A stretch of DNA of 63,870 nt from contig NEEC01000222.1 of the NCBI GenBank assembly GCA_002189035.1, positions 1 through 63,870 of the forward strand. The letters are read 5' to 3'. The position numbers were made by a program, and so were the translations under genes. Of the stretch, positions 51,289 through 63,870 are shown piece by piece. The DNA comes from Utricularia gibba (lineage: Eukaryota > Plantae > Magnoliophyta). The notes beneath the pieces were generated by a model that saw only the letters and a list, made by a program, of their open reading frames with translations, searched no databases and had not been told where the DNA came from. Each line of letters begins with the position of its first letter. The first letter of the stretch is position 1.

Positions 51289-54200
51289 CATGATTTTTTC
51301 AACAACTTACTTTATACTTGAGGAGGTGGTCTTGGGGGCAAGAGGAACCAGACAACGGTCATATTAGGCTTGGGCCGAAAGTAAGTTTAGCCCGGCAAAG
51401 AAAGTGATGTATTTATTAACGTTCGGTTTTCAGGGTTGCCTACATGGTTTTCCAAGGAAAAGCTTTTCGTTTTGTGGCGGCCGCTCTCGCAGGGCACTTG
51501 GTCCGGGCCCCTGATTCTTTATGGCTCATGAGGACAAAAGGATGCAAATCGATGAAAATAATGATGCATTTGTTTAAATTACGATGTCGCGTGCACCCCA
51601 AATGATTTTTTTAACAACATACTTTATACATGAGGAGGCGGTCTTGGGGGCACTTGGAACCGGAAAAAGATCAGCTTAGGCTTGGGCCGAAAGTAAGTTG
51701 TAGCCCGGCAAAGAAAGTGATGTATTTATTATCGTTCGGTTTTTGGGGTTGCCTACATGGTTTTTCAAGGAACATCTTCTCGTTTTGTGGTGGCTAGTCT
51801 CGCTGGGAACATGGTCCTTGACCCCGATTCTGTATGGCTCATGGGGTCAACCGGATGCAAATCGAAGAAAAAAATGATGCATTTGTTTAAATTACGATAT
51901 CACGTGCACCCTACATGATTTTTTCGACAACTTACTTTATACATGGGGAGGCGGTCTTGGGGGTACCTGGAACCGGAAAATGGTCAGCGTAGGCTTGGGC
52001 CGATAGTAAGTTGTAGCCCGACAAATAAAGTAATGTATTTATTATCGTTCGGTTTTCGGAAGCTGCCTAAATGCTTTTTGAAAGAACATCTTCTCGTTTT
52101 ATGGCGGCCAGTCTCGCTGGGAACTTGGTCCTTGACCCTGGTTCTGTATGGCTCATGGGGTCAACCGGATGCAAATCGATGAAAAAAAATGATGCATTTG
52201 TTTAAATTGCGATATCACGTGCACCCCACATGATTTTTTCAACAACTTACTTTATACTTGAGGAGGCGATCTTAGGGTGCACCTCGAACAGGACAAAGGT
52301 AAGGTTTGGCTTGCGCCAAGAGTTAGTTGTAGCCCGACAAAGAAAGTGATGTATTTATTATCGTTCGGTTTTTGGGGTTGCCTACATGGTTTTTCAAGGA
52401 ACATCTTCTCGTTTTTGGCAGCCAGTCTCGCTGGGAGCTTTGTCCTGGACCCCGATTCTGTATGGCCATGGGGTCAAAAGGATGCAAATCGATGAATACA
52501 ATGATGCATTTGTTTCAATTACGATATCACGTGCACCCCACATGATTTTTTCGACAACTTACTTTATACATGGGGAGGCGGTCTTGGGGGGTACCTGGAA
52601 CCGGAAAATGGTCAGCTTAGGCTTGGGCCGATAGTAAGTTGTAGCCCGGCAAAGAAAGTGATGTATTTATTATCGTTCGGTTTACGGGGGCTTCCTACAT
52701 GGTTTTTCAAGGAACATCTTCTCGTTTTGTGGCAGCCAGTCTCGCTGGGAGCTTTGTCCTGGACCCCGATTCTGTATGGCTCATGGGGTCAAAAGGATGC
52801 AAATCGATGAATACAATGATGCATTTGTTTCAATTACGATATCACGTGCACCCCACATGATTTTTTTCGACAACTTACTTTATACATGGGGAGGCGGTCT
52901 TGGGGGGTACCTGGAACCGGAAAATGGTCAGCTTAGGCTTGGCCGATAGTAAGTTGTAGCCCGGCAAAGAAAGTGATGTATTTATTAACGTTCGGTTTTC
53001 GGGGTTGCCTACATGGTTTTTCAAGGAACATCTTCCCGTTTTGTGGTGGCTAGTCTCGCTGGGAACTTTGTCCTGGACCTCGATTCTTATGTCTTATGAG
53101 GTCAACCGGATGCAAATCGATGAAAAAAATGATGCATTTGTTTAAATTACGATATCACGTGCACCCTACATGATTTTTTCAACAACTTACTTTATACTTG
53201 AGGAGGGGTCTTGGGGGGCAAGAGGAACCAGACAACGGTCATATTAGGCTTGGGCCGAAAGTAAGTTTAGCCCGGCAAAGAAAGTGATGTATTTATTAAC
53301 GTTCGGTTTTCAGGGTTGCCTACATGGTTTTCCAAGGAAAAGCTTTTCGTTTTGTGGCGGCCGCTCTCGCAGGGCACTTGGTCCGGGCCCCTGATTCTTT
53401 ATGGCTCATGAGGACAAAAGGATGCAAATCGATGAAAATAATGATGCATTTGTTTAAATTACGATGTCGCGTGCACCCCAAATGATTTTTTTAACAACAT
53501 ACTTTATACATGAGGAGGCGGTCTTGGGGGGCACTTGGAACCGGAAAAGATCAGCTTAGGCTTGGGCCGAAAGTAAGTTGTAGCCCGGCAAAGAAAGTGA
53601 TGTATTTATTATCGTTCGGTTTTGGGGTTGCCTACATGGTTTTTCAAGGAACATCTTCTCGTTTTGTGGTGGCTAGTCTCGCTGGGAACATGGTCCTTGA
53701 CCCCGATTCTGTATGGCTCATGGGGTCAACCGGATGCAAATCGAAGAAAAAAAATGATGCATTGTTTAAATTACGATATCACGTGCACCCTACATGATTT
53801 TTTCGACAACTTACTTTATACATGGGGAGGCGGTCTTGGGGGGTACCTGGAACCGGAAAATGGTCAGCGTAGGCTTGGGCCGATAGTAAGTTGTAGCCCG
53901 ACAAAATAAAGTAATGTATTTATTATCGTTCGGTTTTCGGAAGCTGCCTAAATGCTTTTTGAAAGAACATCTTCTCATTTTATGGCGCCAGTCTCGCTGG
54001 GAACTTGGTCCTTGACCCTGGTTCTGTATGGCTCATGGGGTCAACCGGATGCAAATCGATGAAAAAAAATGATGCATTTGTTTAAATTGCGATATCACGT
54101 GCACCCCACATGATTTTTCAACAACTTACTTTATACTTGAGGAGGCGATCTTAGGGTGCACCTCGAACAGGACAAAGGTAAGGTTTGGCTTGCGCCAAGA

Positions 54201-57200
54201 GTTAGTTGTAGCCCGACAAAGAAAGTGATGTATTTATTATCGTTCGGTTTTTGGGGTTGCCTACATGTTTTTCAAGGAACATCTTCTCGTTTTGTGGCAG
54301 CCAGTCTCGCTGGGAGCTTTGTCCTGGACCCCGATTCTGTATGGCCCATGGGGTCAAAAGGATGCAAATCGATGAATACAATGATGCATTTGTTTCAATT
54401 ACGATATCACGTGCACCCCACATGATTTTTTCGACAACTTACTTTATACATGGGGAGGCGGTCTTGGGGGGTACCTGGAACCGGAAAATGGTCAGCTTAG
54501 GCTTGGGCCGATAGTAAGTTGTAGCCCGGCAAAGAAAGTGATGTATTTATTATCGTTCGGTTTACGGGGGCTTCCTACATGGTTTTTCAAGAACATCTTC
54601 TCGTTTTGTGGCAGCCAGTCTCGCTGGGAGCTTTGTCCTGGACCCCGATTCTGTATGGCTCATGGGGTCAAAAAGGATGCAAATCGATGAATACAATGAT
54701 GCATTTGTTTCAATTACGATATCACGTGCACCCCACATGATTTTTTCGACAACTTACTTTATACATGGGGAGGCGGTCTTGGGGGTACCTGGAACCGGAA
54801 AATGGTCAGCTTAGGCTTGGGCCGATAGTAAGTTGTAGCCCGGCAAAGAAAGTGATGTATTTATTACGTTCGGTTTCGGGGTTCCTACATGGTTTTTCAA
54901 GGAACATCTTCGTTTTGTGGCGCCAGTCTCGCTGGGACTTTGTCCTGGACCCCGATTCTGTATGGCTCATGGGGTCAAATATTGATGCATTTGTTTAAAT
55001 TACGATATCACGTGCACCCTACATGATTTTTTCAACAACTTACTTATATGAGGAGGGGTCTTGGGGGGCGGAACCGGACAACGGTCATTAGGCTTGGGCC
55101 GAAAGTAGTTTTAGCCCGGCAAAGAAAGTGATGTATTTATTAACGTTCGGTTTTCAGGGTTGCCTACATGGTTTTCAAGGAAAAGCTTTTCGTTTTGTGG
55201 CGGCTAGTCTCGCTGGGCACTTGGTCCGGGCCCCTGATTCTTTATGGCTCATGAGGACAAAAGGATGCAAATCGATGAAAAAAATGATGCATTTGTTTAA
55301 ATTACGATGTCGCGTGCACCCCAAATGATTTTTTTAACAACATACTTTATACATGAGGAGGCGGTCTTGGGGGCACTTGGAACCGGAAAAAGATCAGCTT
55401 AGGCTTGGTTAAGTTGTACGGCAAAAAGTGATGTATTTATTATCGTTCGGTTTCGGGGGCTTCCTACATGGTTTTTCAAGGAACATCTTCTCGTTTTGTG
55501 GCGGCCAGTCTCGCTGGGAACTTGGTCCTTGACCCTGATTCTGTATGGCTCATGGGGTCAACCGGATGCAAATCGATGAAAAAAAATGATGCATTTGTTT
55601 AAATTACGATATCACGTGCACCCCACATGATTTTTTCAACAACTTACTTTATACATGGAGGCGGTCTTGGGGGCACCTGGAACGGAAAGGTAAGGTTTGG
55701 CTTGGCCAAAGTAAGTTGTAGCCCGACAAAGAAAGTGATGTATTTATTATCGTTCGTTTTTTGGGGTTGCCTACATGGTTTTTCAAGGAACATCTTCTCG
55801 TTTTGTGGCAGCCAGTCTCGCTGGGACTTTGTCCTGGACCCCGATTCTGTATGGCTCATGGGGTCAAAAGGATGCAAATCGATGAATAAATGATGCATTT
55901 GTTTCAATTACGATATCACGTGCACCCCACATGATTTTTTCGACAACTTACTTTATACATGGGAGGCGGTCTTGGGGGGTACCTGGAACCGGAAAATGGT
56001 CAGCTTAGGCTTGGGCCGATAGTAAGTTGTAGCCCGGCAAAGAAAGTGATGTATTTATTATCGTTCGGTTTGGGGTTCCTACATGGTTTTTCAAGGAACA
56101 TCTTCTCGTTTTGTGGCAGCCAGTCTCGCTGGGAGCTTTGTCCTGGACCCCGATTCTGTATGGCTCATGGGGTCAAAAGGATGCAAATCGATGAATACAA
56201 TGATGCATTTGTTTCAATTACGATATCACGTGCACCCCACATGATTTTTTCGACAACTTACTTTATACATGGGGAGGCGGTCTTGGGGGTACCTGGAACC
56301 GGAAAATGGTCAGCTTAGGCTTGGGCCGATAGTAAGTTGTAGCCCGGCAAAGAAAGTGATGTATTTATTATCGTTCGGTTTTCGGGGCTTCCTACATGGT
56401 TTTTCAAGGAACATCTTCTCGTTTTGTGGCAGCCAGTCTCGCTGGGAACTTTGTCCTGGACCCCGATTCTGTATGGCTCATGGGGTCAAAAAAATTGATG
56501 CATTTGTTTAAATTACGATATCACGTGCACCCTACATGATTTTTTCAACAACTTACTTTATATTGAGGAGTCTTGGGGGCAAGAGGAACCAGACAACGGT
56601 CATATTAGGCTTGGGCCGAAAGTAAGTTTAGCCCGGCAAAGAAAGTGATGTATTTATTAACGTTCGGTTTTCAGGGTTGCCTACATGGTTTTCCAAGGAA
56701 AAGCTTTTCGTTTTGTGGCGGCGCTCTCGCTGGGCACTTGGTCCGGGCCCCTGATTCTTTATGGCTCATGAGGACAAAAGATGCAAATCGATGAAAATAA
56801 TGATGCATTTGTTTAAATTACGATGTCGCGTGCACCCCCAAATGATTTTTAACAACATACTTTATACATGAGGAGGCGGTCTTGGGGGCACTGGAACCGG
56901 AAAAAGTCAGCTTAGGCTTGGCCGAAAGTAAGTTGTAGCCCGGCAAAGAAAGTGATGTATTTATTATCGTTCGGTTTACGGGGGCTTCCTACATGGTTTT
57001 TCAAGGAACATCTTCTCGTTTTATGGCGGCCAGTCTCGCTGGAACTTGGTCCTTGACCCTGGTTCTGTATGGCTAATGGGGTCAACCGGATGCAAATCGA
57101 TGAAAAAAAATGATGCATTTGTTTAAATTGCGATATCACGTGCACCCCACATGATTTTTTCAACAACTTACTTTATACTTGAGGAGGCGATCTTAGGGTG

Positions 57201-60200
57201 CACCTCGAACAGGAAAGGTAAGTTTGGCTTGGCCAAGAGTTAGTTGTAGCCCGCAAAGAAAGTGATGTATTTATTATCGTTCGGTTTTGGGGTTGCCTAC
57301 ATGGTTTTTCAAGGAACATCTTCTCGTTTTGTGGCAGCCAGTCTCGCTGGGAGCTTTGTCCTGGACCCCGATTCTGTATGGCTCATGGGTCAAAAGGATG
57401 CAAATCGATGAATACAATGATGCATTTGTTTCAATTACGATATCACGTGCACCCCACATGATTTTTTCGACAACTTACTTTATACATGGGAGGCGGTCTT
57501 GGGGGTACCTGGAACCGGAAAATGGTCAGCTTAGGCTTGGGCCGATAGTAAGTTGTAGCCCGGCAAAGAAAGTGATGTATTTATTATCGTTCGGTTTTGG
57601 GGTTCCTACATGGTTTTTCAAGGAACATCTTCTCGTTTTGTGGCAGCCAGTCTCGCTGGGACTTTGTCCTGGACCCCGATTCTGTATGGCTCATGGGGTC
57701 AAAAGGATGCAAATCGATGAATAAATGATGCATTTGTTTAAATTACGATATCACGTGCACCCACATGATTTTTTCGACAACTTACTTTATACATGGGGAG
57801 GCGGTCTTGGGGGTACCTGGAACCGGAAAAATGGTCAGCTTAGGCTTGGCCGATAGTAAGTTGTAGCCCGGCAAAGAAAGTGATGTATTTATTATCGTTC
57901 GGTTTTGGGTTGCCTACATGGTTTTTCAAGGAACATCTTCTCGTTTTGTGGGCCAGTCTCGCTGGGACTTTGTCCTGGACCCCGATTCTGTATGGCTCAT
58001 GGGGTCAAAAGGATGCAAATCGATGAATACAATGATGCATTTGTTTCAATTACGATATCACGTGCACCCCACATGTTTTTTCGACAACTTACTTTATACA
58101 TGGGGAGGCGGTCTTGGGGGTACCTGGAACCGGAAAATGGTCAGCTTAGGCTTGGGCCGATAGTAAGTTGTAGCCCGGCAAAGAAAGTGATGTATTTATT
58201 ATCGTTCGGTTTTCGGGTTGCCTACATGGTTTTTCAAGGAACATCTTCCGTTTTGTGGTGGCTAGTCTCGCTGGGAACTTTGTCCTGACCTCGATTCTTT
58301 ATGTCTTATGAGGTCAACCGGATGCAAATCGATGAAAAAAAAATGATGCATTTGTTTAAATTACGATATCACGTGCACCCTACATGATTTTTTCAACAAC
58401 TTACTTTATACTTGAGGAGGGTCTTGGGGCAAGAGGAACCAGACAACGGTCATATTAGGCTTGGGCCGAAAGTAAGTTTTAGCCCGGCAAAGAAAAAGTG
58501 ATGTATTTATTAACGTTCGGTTTTCAGGGTTGCCTACATGGTTTTTCCAAGGAAAAGCTTTTCGTTTTGTGGCGGCGCTCTCGCAGGGCACTTGGTCCGG
58601 CCCCTGATTCTTTATGGCTCATGAGGACAAAAGGATGCAAATCGATGAAAATAATGATGCATTTGTTTAAATTACGATGTCGCGTGCACCCCAAATGATT
58701 TTTTTCAACATACTTTATACATGAGGAGGCGGTCTTGGGGGGCACTGGAACCGGAAAAAGGTCAGCTTAGGCTTGGGCCGAAAGTAAGTTGTAGCCCGGC
58801 AAAGAAAGTGATGTATTTATTATCGTTCGGTTTTGGGTTGCCTACATGGTTTTTCAAGGAACATCTTCTCGTTTGTGTGGCTAGTCTCGCTGGGAACATG
58901 GTCCTGACCCCGATTCTGTATGGCTCATGGGGTCAACCGGATGCAAATCGAAGAAAAAAAATGATGCATTTGTTTAAATTACGATATCACGTGCACCCTA
59001 CATGATTTTTTCGACAACTTACTTTATACATGGGGAGGCGGTCTTGGGGGTACCTGGAACCGGAAAATGGTCAGCGTAGGCTTGGGCCGATAGTAAGTTG
59101 TAGCCCGACAAAATAAAGTAATGTATTTATTATCGTTCGGTTTTCGGGCTGCCTAAATGTTTTTGAAAGAACATCTTCTCGTTTTATGGCGGCCAGTCTC
59201 GCTGGGAACTTGGTCCTTGACCCTGATTCTGTATGGCTCATGGGGTCAACCGGATGCAAATCGATGAAAAAAAATGATGCATTTGTTTAAATTACGATAT
59301 CACGTGCACCCCCACATGATTTTTCAACAACTTACTTTATACTTGAGGAGGCGGTCTTAGGGTGCACCTGGAACGGACAAAGGTCAGTTTGGCTTGGCCA
59401 AGAGTAAGTTGTAGCCCGACAAAGAAAGTGATGTATTTATTATCGTTCGGTTTTTGGGGTTGCCTACATGGTTTTTCAAGGAACATCTTCTCGTTTTGTG
59501 GCAGCCAGTCTCGCTGGGAGCTTTGTCCTGGACCCCGATTCTGTATGGCTCATGGGGTCAAAAGGATGCAAATCGATGAATACAATGATGCATTTGTTTA
59601 AATTACGATATCACGTGCACCCCACATGATTTTTTCGACAACTTACTTTATACATGGGAGGCGGTCTTGGGGTACCTGGAACCGGAAAATGGTCAGCTTA
59701 GGCTTGGGCCGATAGTAAGTTGTAGCCCGGCAAAGAAAGTGATGTATTTATTATCGTTCGGTTTCGGGGGCTTCCTACATGGTTTTTCAAGGAACATCTT
59801 CTCGTTTTGTGGCAGCCAGTCTCGCTGGGAGCTTTGTCCTGGACCCCGATTCTGTATGGCTCATGGGGTCAAAAGGATGCAAATCGATGAATACAATGAT
59901 GCATTTGTTTCAATTACGATATCACGTGCACCCCACATGATTTTTTCGACAACTTACTTATACATGGGAGGCGGTCTTGGGGGTACCTGGAACCGGAAAA
60001 TGGTCAGCTTAGGCTTGGGCCGATAGTAAGTTGTAGCCCGGCAAAGAAAGTGATGTATTTATTATCGTTCGGTTTACGGGGGCTTCCTACATGGTTTTTC
60101 AAGGAACATCTTCTCGTTTTTTGTGGCAGCCAGTCTCGCTGGGACTTTGTCCTGGACCCCGATTCTGTATGGCTCATGGGGTCAAAAAATGATGCATTTG

Positions 60201-63200
60201 TTTAAATTACGATATCACGTGCACCCTACATGATTTTTTCAACAACTTACTTTATATTGAGGAGGTGGTCTTGGGGGCAAGAGGAACCAGACAACGGTCA
60301 TATTAGGCTTGGGCCGAAAGTAAGTTGTAGCCCGGCAAAGAAAGTGATGTATTATTAACGTTCGGTTTTCAGGGTTGCCTACATGGTTTTCCAAGGAAAA
60401 GCTTTTCGTTTTGTGGCGGCTGCTCTCGCTGGGACTTGGTCCGGCCCCTGATTCTTTATGGCTCATGAGGAAAAAGATGCAAATCGATGAAAATAATGAT
60501 GCATTTGTTTAAATTACGATGTCGCGTGCACCCCAAATGATTTTTTAACAACATACTTTATACATGAGGAGCGGTCTTGGGGGGGCACTTGGAACCGGAA
60601 AAAGTCAGCTTAGGCTTGGGCGAAAGTAAGTTGTAGCCCGGCAAAGAAAGTGATGTATTTATTATCGTTCGGTTTCGGGCTTCCTACATGGTTTTTCAAG
60701 GAACATCTTCTCGTTTTATGGCGGCCAGTCTCGCTGGGAACTTGGTCCTTGACCCTGGTTCTGTATGGCTCATGGGTCAACCGGATGCAAATCGATGAAA
60801 AAAAATGATGCATTTGTTTAAATTGCGATATCACGTGCACCCCACATGATTTTTTCAACAACTTACTTTATACTTGAGGAGGCGATCTTAGGGTGCACCT
60901 CGAACAGGACAAAGGTAAGGTTTGGCTTGCGCCAAGAGTTAGTTGTAGCCCGACAAAGAAAGTGATGTATTTATTATCGTTCGGTTTTTGGGGTTGCCTA
61001 CATGGTTTTTCAAGGAACATCTTCTCGTTTTGTGGCAGCCAGTCTCGCTGGGAGCTTTGTCCTGGACCCCGATTCTGTATGGCTCATGGGGTCAAAAGGA
61101 TGCAAATCGATGAATACAATGATGCATTTGTTTCAATTACGATATCACGTGCACCCCACATGATTTTTTCGACAACTTACTTTATACATGGAGGCGGTCT
61201 TGGGGGGTACCTGGAACCGGAAAATGGTCAGCTTAGGCTTGGCCGATAGTAAGTTGTAGCCCGGCAAAGAAAGTGATGTATTTATTATCGTTCGGTTTCG
61301 GGGCTTCCTACATGGTTTTTCAAGGAACATCTTCTCGTTTTGTGGCAGCCAGTCTCGCTGGGAGCTTTGTCCGGACCCCGATTCTGTATGGCTCATGGGG
61401 TCAAAAGGATGCAAATCGATGAATAAATGATGCATTTGTTTAAATTACGATATCACGTGCACCCACATGATTTTTTTCGACAACTTACTTTATACATGGG
61501 GAGGCGGTCTTGGGGGTACCTGGAACCGGAAAATGGTCAGCTTAGGCTTGGGCCGATAGTAAGTTGTAGCCCGGCAAAGAAAGTGATGTATTTATTATCG
61601 TTCGGTTTTGGGGGCTTCCTACATGGTTTTTCAAGGAACATCTTTCTCGTTTTGTGGCAGCCAGTCTCGCTGGGACTTTGTCCTGGACCCCGATTCTTAT
61701 GGCTCATGGGTCAAAAGGATGCAAATCGATGAATACAATGATGCATTTGTTTCAATTACGATATCACGTGCACCCCACATGATTTTTTCGACAACTTACT
61801 TTATACATGGGGAGGCGGTCTTGGGGTACCTGGAACCGGAAAATGGTCAGCTTAGGCTTGGGCGATAGTAAGTTGTAGCCCGGCAAAGAAAGTGATGTAT
61901 TTATTAACGTTCGGTTTTCGGGTTGCCTACATGGTTTTTCAAGGAACATCTTCCGTTTTGTGGTGGCTAGTCTCGCTGGGAACTTTGTCCTGGACCTCGA
62001 TTCTTATGTCTTATGAGGTCAACCGGATGCAAATCGATGAAAAAAATTGATGCATTTGTTTAAATTACGATATCACGTGCACCCTACATGATTTTTTCAA
62101 CAACTTACTTTATACTTGAGGAGGTGGTCTTGGGGGGCAAGAGGAACCAGACAACGGTCATATTAGGCTTGGGCCGAAAGTAAGGTTTAGCCCGGCAAAG
62201 AAAGTGATGTATTTATTAACGTTCGGTTTTCAGGGTTGCCTACATGGTTTTCCAAGGAAAAGCTTTTCGTTTTGTGGCGGCCGCTCTCGCAGGGCACTTG
62301 GTCCGGGCCCCTGATTCTTTATGGCTCATGAGGACAAAAGGATGCAAATCGATGAAAATAATGATGCATTTGTTTAAATTACGATGTCGCGTGCACCCCA
62401 AATGATTTTTTTAACAACATACTTTATACATGAGGAGGCGGTCTTGGGGGGCACTTGGAACCGGAAAAAGATCAGCTTAGGCTTGGGCCGAAAGTAAGTT
62501 GTAGCCCGGCAAAGAAAGTGATGTATTTATTATCGTTCGGTTTTTGGGGTTGCCTACATGGTTTTTCAAGGAACATCTTCTCGTTTTGTGGTGGCTAGTC
62601 TCGCTGGGAACATGGTCCTTGACCCCGATTCTGTATGGCTCATGGGTCAACCGGATGCAAATCGAAGAAAAAAAATGATGCATTTGTTTAAATTACGATA
62701 TCACGTGCACCCTACATGATTTTTTCGACAACTTACTTTATACATGGGAGGCGGTCTTGGGGGTACCTGGAACCGGAAAATGGTCAGCGTAGGCTTGGGC
62801 CGATAGTAAGTTGTAGCCCGACAAATAAAGTAATGTATTTATTATCGTTCGGTTTTCGGAAGCTGCCTAAATGCTTTTTGAAAGAACATCTTCTCATTTT
62901 ATGGCGGCCAGTCTCGCTGGGAACTTGGTCCTTGACCCTGGTTCTGTATGGCTCATGGGGTCAACCGGATGCAAATCGATGAAAAAAAATGATGCATTTG
63001 TTTAAATTGCGATATCACGTGCACCCCACATGATTTTTTCAACAACTTACTTTATACTTGAGGAGGCGATCTTAGGGTGCACCTCGAACAGGACAAAGGT
63101 AATTTGGCTTGCGCCAAGAGTTAGTTGTAGCCCGACAAAGAAAGTGATGTATTTATTATCGTTCGGTTTTTTGGGGTTGCCTACATGGTTTTTCAAGGAA

Positions 63201-63870
63201 CATCTTCTCGTTTTGTGGCAGCCAGTCTCGCTGGGAGCTTTGTCCTGGACCCCATTCTGTATGGCCCATGGGGTCAAAAGGATGCAAATCGATGAATACA
63301 ATGATGCATTTGTTTTCAATTACGATATCACGTGCACCCCACATGATTTTTTCGACAACTTACTTTATACATGGGGAGGCGGTCTTGGGGGTACCTGGAA
63401 CCGGAAAATGGTCAGCTTAGGCTTGGGCCGATAGTAAGTTGTAGCCCGGCAAAGAAAGTGATGTATTTATTATCGTTCGGTTTTAGGGCTTCCTACATGG
63501 TTTTTCAAGGAACATCTTCTCGTTTTGTGGCAGCCAGTCTCGCTGGGAGCTTTGTCCTGGACCCCCGATTCTGTATGGCTCATGGGGTCAAAAGGATGCA
63601 AATCGATGAATAATGATGCATTTGTTTCAATTACGATATCACGTGCACCCCACATGATTTTTCGACAACTTACTTTATACATGGGGAGGCGGTCTTGGGG
63701 GTACCTGGAACCGGAAAATGGTCAGCTTAGGCTTGGCCGATAGTAAGTTGTAGCCCGGCAAAGAAAGTGATGTATTTATTATCGTTCGGTTTTGGGGTTG
63801 CCTACATGGTTTTTCAAGGAACATCTTCGTTTTGTGGTGGCTAGTCTCGCTGGGAACTTTGTCCTGGACC
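51289..63870. repeat. 6-mer-dominated HOR domain (~1.85-1.88 kb): units of 6, 6, 5, 6, 6, 6 and a final unit truncated by the window end
   Basis: A-type marker near 51342, 53222, ~55067 (degraded), 56583, 58433, 60281 and 62141. Unit 51289-53168 (1880 bp) is A-B'-E-C-D1-D3. Confidence 0.8.

Larger units (their letters stand above)
1..63870. repeat. Tandem satellite DNA array, ~312-316-bp monomer, ~207 head-to-tail copies in one orientation, running off both window ends
   Basis: The anchor AAAGTG(A/T)TGTATTTATT recurs at 291, 605, 921, 1233 and onward at ~310-bp spacing to ~63765. GATATCACGTGCACCC and CATGATTTTT recur in phase. No non-repeat segment or inverted copy was seen. Confidence 0.99.

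Noticed and set aside
207-63743. Hundreds of 60-191 aa ORFs on both strands (e.g. ...SCSPAKKVMYLLSFG..., ...MQIDEYNDAFV...)
   Set aside because: The same few peptides recur at the satellite period and switch frame at homopolymer indels. None resembles a recognisable domain, so they are translation artefacts.
1-63870. CRISPR-like repeat/spacer array
   Set aside because: The variable segments are homologous recurring classes rather than unique spacers, the period is ~313 bp, and no cas genes are present.
1-63870. Telomeric repeats, LTR/TIR elements, or a repeat-derived MITE
   Set aside because: No telomere-type short repeats, target-site duplications, terminal repeats at element ends or coding remnants were seen. 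The 12-bp inverted repeat is internal to a contiguous tandem unit.

Overview
The whole 63,870-bp window is one uninterrupted, single-orientation eukaryotic satellite DNA array. I found no genes, RNA genes, transposons or unique spacers. The apparent monomer is ~312-316 bp (about 207 copies by manual count) and is itself a dimer of two diverged ~156-157-bp subunits (alpha and beta). Monomers fall into classes I label A, B, C, D (D1/D2/D3/D-del) and E, arranged in variable-length higher-order repeats (HORs) with the order A-B-[E]-C-D(n). I count 42 HOR starts. The HORs form domains: a mixed 3-5-mer zone (to ~6.4 kb), a 7-mer domain (~6.4-23.4 kb, ~2.17-kb period), a 4-mer-dominated domain (~23.4-50.4 kb, ~1.22-kb period) containing a possible ~10.4-kb super-repeat, and a 6-mer-dominated domain (~51.3 kb to the end). 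All listed ORFs are artefacts of translating the repeat. Subunit length and HOR organisation suggest a centromere-type satellite, possibly from a plant, but species and function cannot be established from sequence alone. Many homopolymer indels and 'blended' monomers suggest an imperfect long-read consensus, so fine structure needs read-level confirmation. All counts and coordinates were obtained by eye.
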